The notes below the pieces were generated by a model that searched no databases, was not told where the DNA came from, and was given only the letters and a program-made list of their open reading frames with translations. From positions 30,380,001 to 30,444,000 of the forward strand of contig OY740812.1 of assembly GCA_963514005.1 (NCBI GenBank): DNA of 64,000 nucleotides, given 5' to 3'. A program made the translations under genes and the position numbers. Within the stretch, counting starts at the first letter, position 1. Every line of letters starts with the position of its first letter. This DNA comes from Raja brachyura. Its lineage: Eukaryota. Shown here in pieces: positions 62,960 through 64,000 of this stretch.

Positions 62960-64000
62960 TAACAATGGTATTGATACATAGGGATCAGGATTACATTAAC
63001 AACTGGTATAACTAATATGAGACCAGTGTCAAAATACACAGTGAATATAGACCTCCCGGTCTCTATGTAAATATCGTTAAATCTTTAAAAGGAAACTTAT
63101 AAATGTAAAAAAAAAACCCAAAGATAAAAAGACAAAAACAAAAGGAAAAAAAAGGAAAAACAAAACCTCCCTGAACTAAAGAGGACAAAAAAAGAAAAAT
63201 TGACAATAATAAAATAAGAATAAAAATAAAATAAATAAACTAAGCAAAGCAAAACCGAATCTGAACTGAGAATTTCAACTATTTAATTCTGTTTATCCTC
63301 AAGTCCGTTCCACCCTATAGAGGTAAATATTTTTTTATAACGGTTAAAGAGGGAGCAATTTATGTTGTATGAAAGTGTTCAATAGATTTTCCCCAAGTCT
63401 TATCAAATTTAACCAAGGGTTCAACAATGTCCCTCCTGTTTTTTTCTAAATTTAAACATGATATTGTTTCTGAAGTGTGGTCGGAGGGTTGGAGTCTTTC
63501 CATTTAAATAAAATAAATCTTTTGGCGATTAATGTGGTAAAAGCAATCAACCGATGGGCGGAGCGGGACAAATTAATAGAATCTGACATTGGTAGCCCAA
63601 AAATTGCAGTAATAGGATGAGGTTGTAAATCTATACCGAAGACTATAGAAATAGGTTCAAAAATGTCTTTCCAATATTTTACCAAAAGAGGGATGGACCA
63701 AAACATATGGGTCAGTGAGGCCACTTCAAAATTACATCTGTCGCAGGTAGAATTTATATGACCATAACAATGAGTTAACTTATCTTTTGACATACGAGCT
63801 CTGTGAACCACCTTGAACTGTATCAAAGCGTGTCTTGCACACATTGAAGAGGTATTAACTAATTGAAGAATCCTCTCCCCTTTCTCTATAAATAAAGACA
63901 TTTGGAGTTCTCTTTCCCAGTCATTCTTAATTTTATCTTTTTTTTAATCAAATGTATCTATTTGTAATTTCAGAATCAACTCATAAATAGTCGTTATTAA
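62960..64000 (-). mobile_element. L1/Tx1-like LINE 3' part, continues past window end
   Basis: LIQFKVVHR..CDRC..SLTHMFW..ILFKWK. Confidence 0.85.

Overview
Eukaryotic, repeat-rich DNA, most likely from a skate/ray or other elasmobranch (HE1-type V-SINE, abundant CR1, Penelope and Rex1 elements). The one host gene is progranulin (grn) on the minus strand. I read nine coding exons by hand (35122 down to 9793), all AG/GT-bounded and phase-compatible: 1311 nt, 437 aa, giving a signal peptide and 5.5 granulin modules. The model is open at its 3' end and the non-coding first exon was not located. Introns and flanks are mostly transposons: many CR1 fragments (one near full-length, with an esterase ORF1), one Rex1/Babar LINE with an intact 989-aa ORF, L1/Tx1-like fragments, Penelope fragments, a decayed Tc1, Harbinger-type MITEs and non-autonomous Helitrons. 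The most unusual signal is a Penelope-derived tail carrying a minimal hammerhead-ribozyme core (CTGAAGA-A-GGGTCTCGACCC-GAAACGTC). It occurs as 70-125 bp TSD-flanked insertions whose 5' ends cluster at the ribozyme, as a partial tandem, and as head-to-head hairpins. All calls are from manual reading and no searches were run. Repeat boundaries are approximate unless TSDs or TIRs are quoted.
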